Assembly (NCBI GenBank): GCA_900234795.1
Contig: LT962688.1
Span: 1,410,001 to 1,442,000 of the forward strand
Length of the DNA: 32,000 bases
Direction: 5' to 3'
Origin: Methylorubrum extorquens
GTDB lineage: Bacteria > Pseudomonadota > Alphaproteobacteria > Rhizobiales > Beijerinckiaceae
The notes beneath the pieces were generated by a model. That model was not told the origin of the DNA. It saw nothing but the letters and a program-made list of their open reading frames with translations, and searched no databases. This document shows positions 29,338 through 32,000 of the stretch, piece by piece (position 1 is the stretch's first letter; every line of letters starts with the position of its first letter). A program made the position numbers and the translations under genes.

Positions 29338-30366
29338 GTGGTGGCGAACTGGCGGGCGCTCGGCGCGTGCGCGCCGGAGGCCGAATGCGGTGCCGTGGTG
29401 AAGGCGGATGCCTATGGCTGCGGCCTCGCGGCGGTCGCGCCGGCCCTGTGGCGGGCGGGCTGCCGGACGTTCTTCGTGGCGCACCTCTCCGAGGGCATCG
29501 CCGCGCGGAAAATCCTGCCGGAGGCCGCGCTCTACGTGCTCAACGGTCTGCCGCCCGGCCACGCGGAGGCGTTTCGCGCCCATCGCCTGCGCCCGGTCCT
29601 GGGGGACACGCAGGAACTCGCCGAGTGGGCCGAGGCCATGCAGGGCGCGGGGCCGGCCGCGCTCCACGTCGATACCGGCATGAACCGGCTCGGCCTCTCC
29701 GTCGCGGAGGCTCTGGCGCTGGCCGGCGACCCGGTGATCGCGCGCGCCGGCATCGATCTCGTGATGAGCCATCTCGTCAGCGCGGAATTGCCCGACGACC
29801 CGCTCAACACGCGCCAAGCCGCCGATTTCGCCCGTGTGCGGGCGGCCTTTCCGCAGATGCGCGCCTCGCTCGCCAATTCCTCGGGCACCTGCCTCGCGAA
29901 CGACGCTCGCCACGACCTGCTGCGGCCGGGCTATGCGCTCTTCGGCGGCAACCCGGATCCGGGCCAACCCAATCCGATGCGGCCGGTGGTGCGGCTGGAG
30001 GCGCCGATCCTGCAGGTTCGTGACGTCGAGGCCGGCGCGACCTGCGGCTACAACGCCCGCTGGCAGGCCCCTGCCCCGCGCCGGCTGGCCACGCTCTCGC
30101 TCGGCTACGCCGACGGCTATCCCCGCTCCGCCAGCAACAGCGGCCACGCGCTGGTCGGCGGCGTGCTCTGCCCGATCGTCGGCCTGATTTCCATGGACCT
30201 CATCATCCTCGATGTCACCGACGCAACCCAGGCCCGGCGCGGCGGCACCGCCACGCTGATCGGCGACAGCCTCGACATCGACACGGTGGGGCAAGCCGCC
30301 GGCACCATCGGCTACGAGATCCTGACGAGCCTGGGTTCCCGTTATGTTCGCAACTATGTAGAGTGA
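29338..30366 (+). CDS. alr: Alanine racemase (N-terminal boundary uncertain)
   Basis: PLP-lysine motif AVVKADAYGCG plus a conserved C-terminal domain (...GYADGYPR..., ISMD...). The frame stays open far upstream and encodes the expected ...GARLTVDLSAV... N-terminal strand. No ATG, GTG or TTG occurs before GTG 29338. Confidence 0.88.
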   Translation: MVANWRALGACAPEAECGAVVKADAYGCGLAAVAPALWRAGCRTFFVAHLSEGIAARKILPEAALYVLNGLPPGHAEAFRAHRLRPVLGDTQELAEWAEAMQGAGPAALHVDTGMNRLGLSVAEALALAGDPVIARAGIDLVMSHLVSAELPDDPLNTRQAADFARVRAAFPQMRASLANSSGTCLANDARHDLLRPGYALFGGNPDPGQPNPMRPVVRLEAPILQVRDVEAGATCGYNARWQAPAPRRLATLSLGYADGYPRSASNSGHALVGGVLCPIVGLISMDLIILDVTDATQARRGGTATLIGDSLDIDTVGQAAGTIGYEILTSLGSRYVRNYVE

Positions 30367-30375
30367 CCGATCTTT

Positions 30376-30510
30376 CCCACCCATTCCCCTCATCCTGAGG
30401 CGGCGGCGCGAAACGGCGCCCTCGAAGGAGGGCTCCAGGGATCGCGTGGCCGGCTGGAGCCCTCTTTCGAGGCGGCTTCGCAGCATCTCAAGATGAGGGG
30501 GCTGGGTGGG
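30376..30510. repeat. REP/MITE-like composite palindromic intergenic element (~135 bp)
   Basis: Outer arms are CCCACCCATTCCCCTCATCCTGAG and CTCAAGATGAGGGGGCTGGGTGGG (24 nt, 3 mismatches). Inner arms are CCTCGAAGGAGGGCTCCAG and CTGGAGCCCTCTTTCGAGG (19 nt, 1 mismatch). It fills most of the alr-radA spacer. Confidence 0.7.
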
Positions 30511-30546
30511 AGGTTCGACAGATCCCTGCCCTGAGCCGTCTCCCCC

Positions 30547-31977
30547 ATGGCAAAAATCCAACAGACCTTCGTCTGCCAGTCCTGCGGTGCGGTCTACAAC
30601 CGCTGGCGCGGGCGCTGCGAGGCCTGCAACGGCTGGAACACGATCCAGGAGGAGGTCGCCTCCGCCGGCCCGCAATCGGGCCCGGCCGCGACCCGACCCT
30701 CGCGGGCGCGGGGCCGCGTCTTCCCCCTCGAAGGCCTGACCGGCGAGGCCAAGGAGGCCCCGCGCACGCCCTCGGGCATCAACGAACTCGACCGGGTGAC
30801 CGGCGGCGGCTTCGTGCGCGGCTCGGTGATCCTGCTCGGCGGCGATCCCGGAATCGGCAAGTCGACCCTGCTGATGCAGGCCTCCGCCGCCATGGCCAAG
30901 AGCGGCGAGCGCGTCGCCTACATCTCCGGCGAGGAGGCGGTGGGGCAGGTGCGCCTGCGCGCCGAGCGCCTCGGGCTGGCCAAACACCCGGTGGAGCTGG
31001 CGGCGCAAACGAATGTCGAGGACATCGTCGAGACGCTGTCGCAGGGCCACCCGCCGGCGCTGACCATCATCGACTCGATCCAGACCATGTGGACCGAGAC
31101 GGTGGAATCGGCGCCGGGCACCGTCACCCAGGTGCGCTCATCGGCCCAGGCCCTGATCCGCTTTGCCAAGACCACGGGCACGGCCGTCATCCTCGTCGGC
31201 CACGTCACCAAGGACGGGCAGATCGCGGGCCCCCGCGTGGTCGAGCACATGGTCGATGCGGTCGCCTCGTTCGAGGGCGACCAGGGCCACCATTTCCGCA
31301 TCCTGCGGGCGGTCAAAAACCGCTTCGGACCGACCGACGAGATTGGCGTGTTCGAGATGACCGATGCCGGCCTGTCCGAAGTCCCGAACCCCTCCGCCCT
31401 GTTCCTGGCCGGGCGCGACCACGCCGCGCCGGGCACCGCGGTCTTTGCCGGGATGGAGGGCACGCGCCCGCTGCTGGTCGAGATCCAGGCGCTCGTCGCC
31501 CCCTCCTCGCTCGGCATGCCGCGCCGCGCCGTGGTCGGCTGGGACCCCAACCGCCTGTCGATGGTGCTCGCCGTGCTGGAGGCCCATGGCGGCATCCGGC
31601 TCGGCGGCCACGACGTCTACCTCAACGTCGCCGGGGGCCTGCGCATCACCGAGCCTGCCGCGGATCTCGCGGTCGCCGCCGCCCTCGTCTCGTCGCTCTC
31701 GGGGGCGGCGCTTCCCTCCGACTCGGTCTATTTCGGCGAACTCGGCCTGTCGGGGGCGGTGCGGCCGGTCTCGCAGGCGCCGGCCCGGCTGAAGGAGGCG
31801 TTGAAGCTCGGCTTCGGCAAGGCGATCACCCCGCAAGGGCGCGGCGAGGCCGGGGACCGGGCCCTGCCGACGGATGCGCTGCGCCACATCGCCGACCTCG
31901 TCGCCGGCATCGCCTCGGGCGCACCGCGAAAGGGCGGGGGCCGCCCGCGAGCGGTGCGGTTCGAGGAGGAGATGTAG
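30547..31977 (+). CDS. radA: DNA repair protein RadA/Sms
   Basis: N-terminal zinc finger CQSCGAVYNRWRGRCEACNGWN, Walker A GDPGIGKST, KNRFG motif, and a Lon-like C-terminal domain. Confidence 0.96.
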   Translation: MAKIQQTFVCQSCGAVYNRWRGRCEACNGWNTIQEEVASAGPQSGPAATRPSRARGRVFPLEGLTGEAKEAPRTPSGINELDRVTGGGFVRGSVILLGGDPGIGKSTLLMQASAAMAKSGERVAYISGEEAVGQVRLRAERLGLAKHPVELAAQTNVEDIVETLSQGHPPALTIIDSIQTMWTETVESAPGTVTQVRSSAQALIRFAKTTGTAVILVGHVTKDGQIAGPRVVEHMVDAVASFEGDQGHHFRILRAVKNRFGPTDEIGVFEMTDAGLSEVPNPSALFLAGRDHAAPGTAVFAGMEGTRPLLVEIQALVAPSSLGMPRRAVVGWDPNRLSMVLAVLEAHGGIRLGGHDVYLNVAGGLRITEPAADLAVAAALVSSLSGAALPSDSVYFGELGLSGAVRPVSQAPARLKEALKLGFGKAITPQGRGEAGDRALPTDALRHIADLVAGIASGAPRKGGGRPRAVRFEEEM

Positions 31978-32000
31978 CGCGGCCCTGACCGGTCAGAGGC

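Noticed and set aside
30506-30525. GGTTCGA-containing stretch reminiscent of a tRNA T-arm
   Set aside because: No acceptor stem, D-arm or anticodon arm can be built around it. It is the edge of the REP-like palindrome. I found no tRNA or rRNA genes in the window.
29128-31050. 640-aa minus-strand ORF spanning alr, the REP-like element and the radA 5' end
   Set aside because: It is antisense to two highly conserved genes and has low-complexity R/A/G composition. This is a high-GC artefact.

Overview
This is a ~70% GC alphaproteobacterial chromosome segment. Gene content and order (rpsF-rpsR-DUF2232-rplI-dnaB-alr-radA) look like a Methylobacterium-type member of the Rhizobiales; this is an inference, since no search was possible. 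The content is mostly core or housekeeping. It starts with an ArsB-like permease 3' end and a tandem-DUF606 DMT transporter. An aspartate/glutamate utilisation neighbourhood follows: gltIJKL ABC importer, aspartase aspA and a dctA symporter, interrupted by two outer-membrane channel genes (a Rhizobiales-type porin and an alginate-export-family barrel). Next come a GntP-family permease, two GNAT acetyltransferases (one clearly AAC(3)-I-like), a ZnuD-like TonB-dependent receptor with a His/Asp-rich loop, a degenerate peptide-deformylase paralog, cspA, several small secreted or hypothetical proteins, and the ribosomal-protein/dnaB/alr/radA block. I saw no rRNA, tRNA, CRISPR array, transposase, integrase, or recognisable defence or toxin system. 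I cannot honestly point to a novel multi-gene system here. The best leads are: (1) three nearby genes (an SDR, dctA and the TonB receptor), each broken by one extra base in a 5-nt C/G run, which is either a sequencing artefact or real pseudogenes; (2) the AT-rich repeat AACATTGT(AAC) overlapping the receptor promoter and recurring upstream of cspA; (3) a ~99-aa Lys/Ala/Gly-rich N-terminal extension on aspartase with its own good SD; (4) a deformylase paralog lacking two of three metal ligands; (5) a perfect 14-bp palindrome upstream of the alginate-export-like gene; (6) a ~135-bp REP-like composite palindrome between alr and radA. Many long antisense ORFs in the track are high-GC artefacts.
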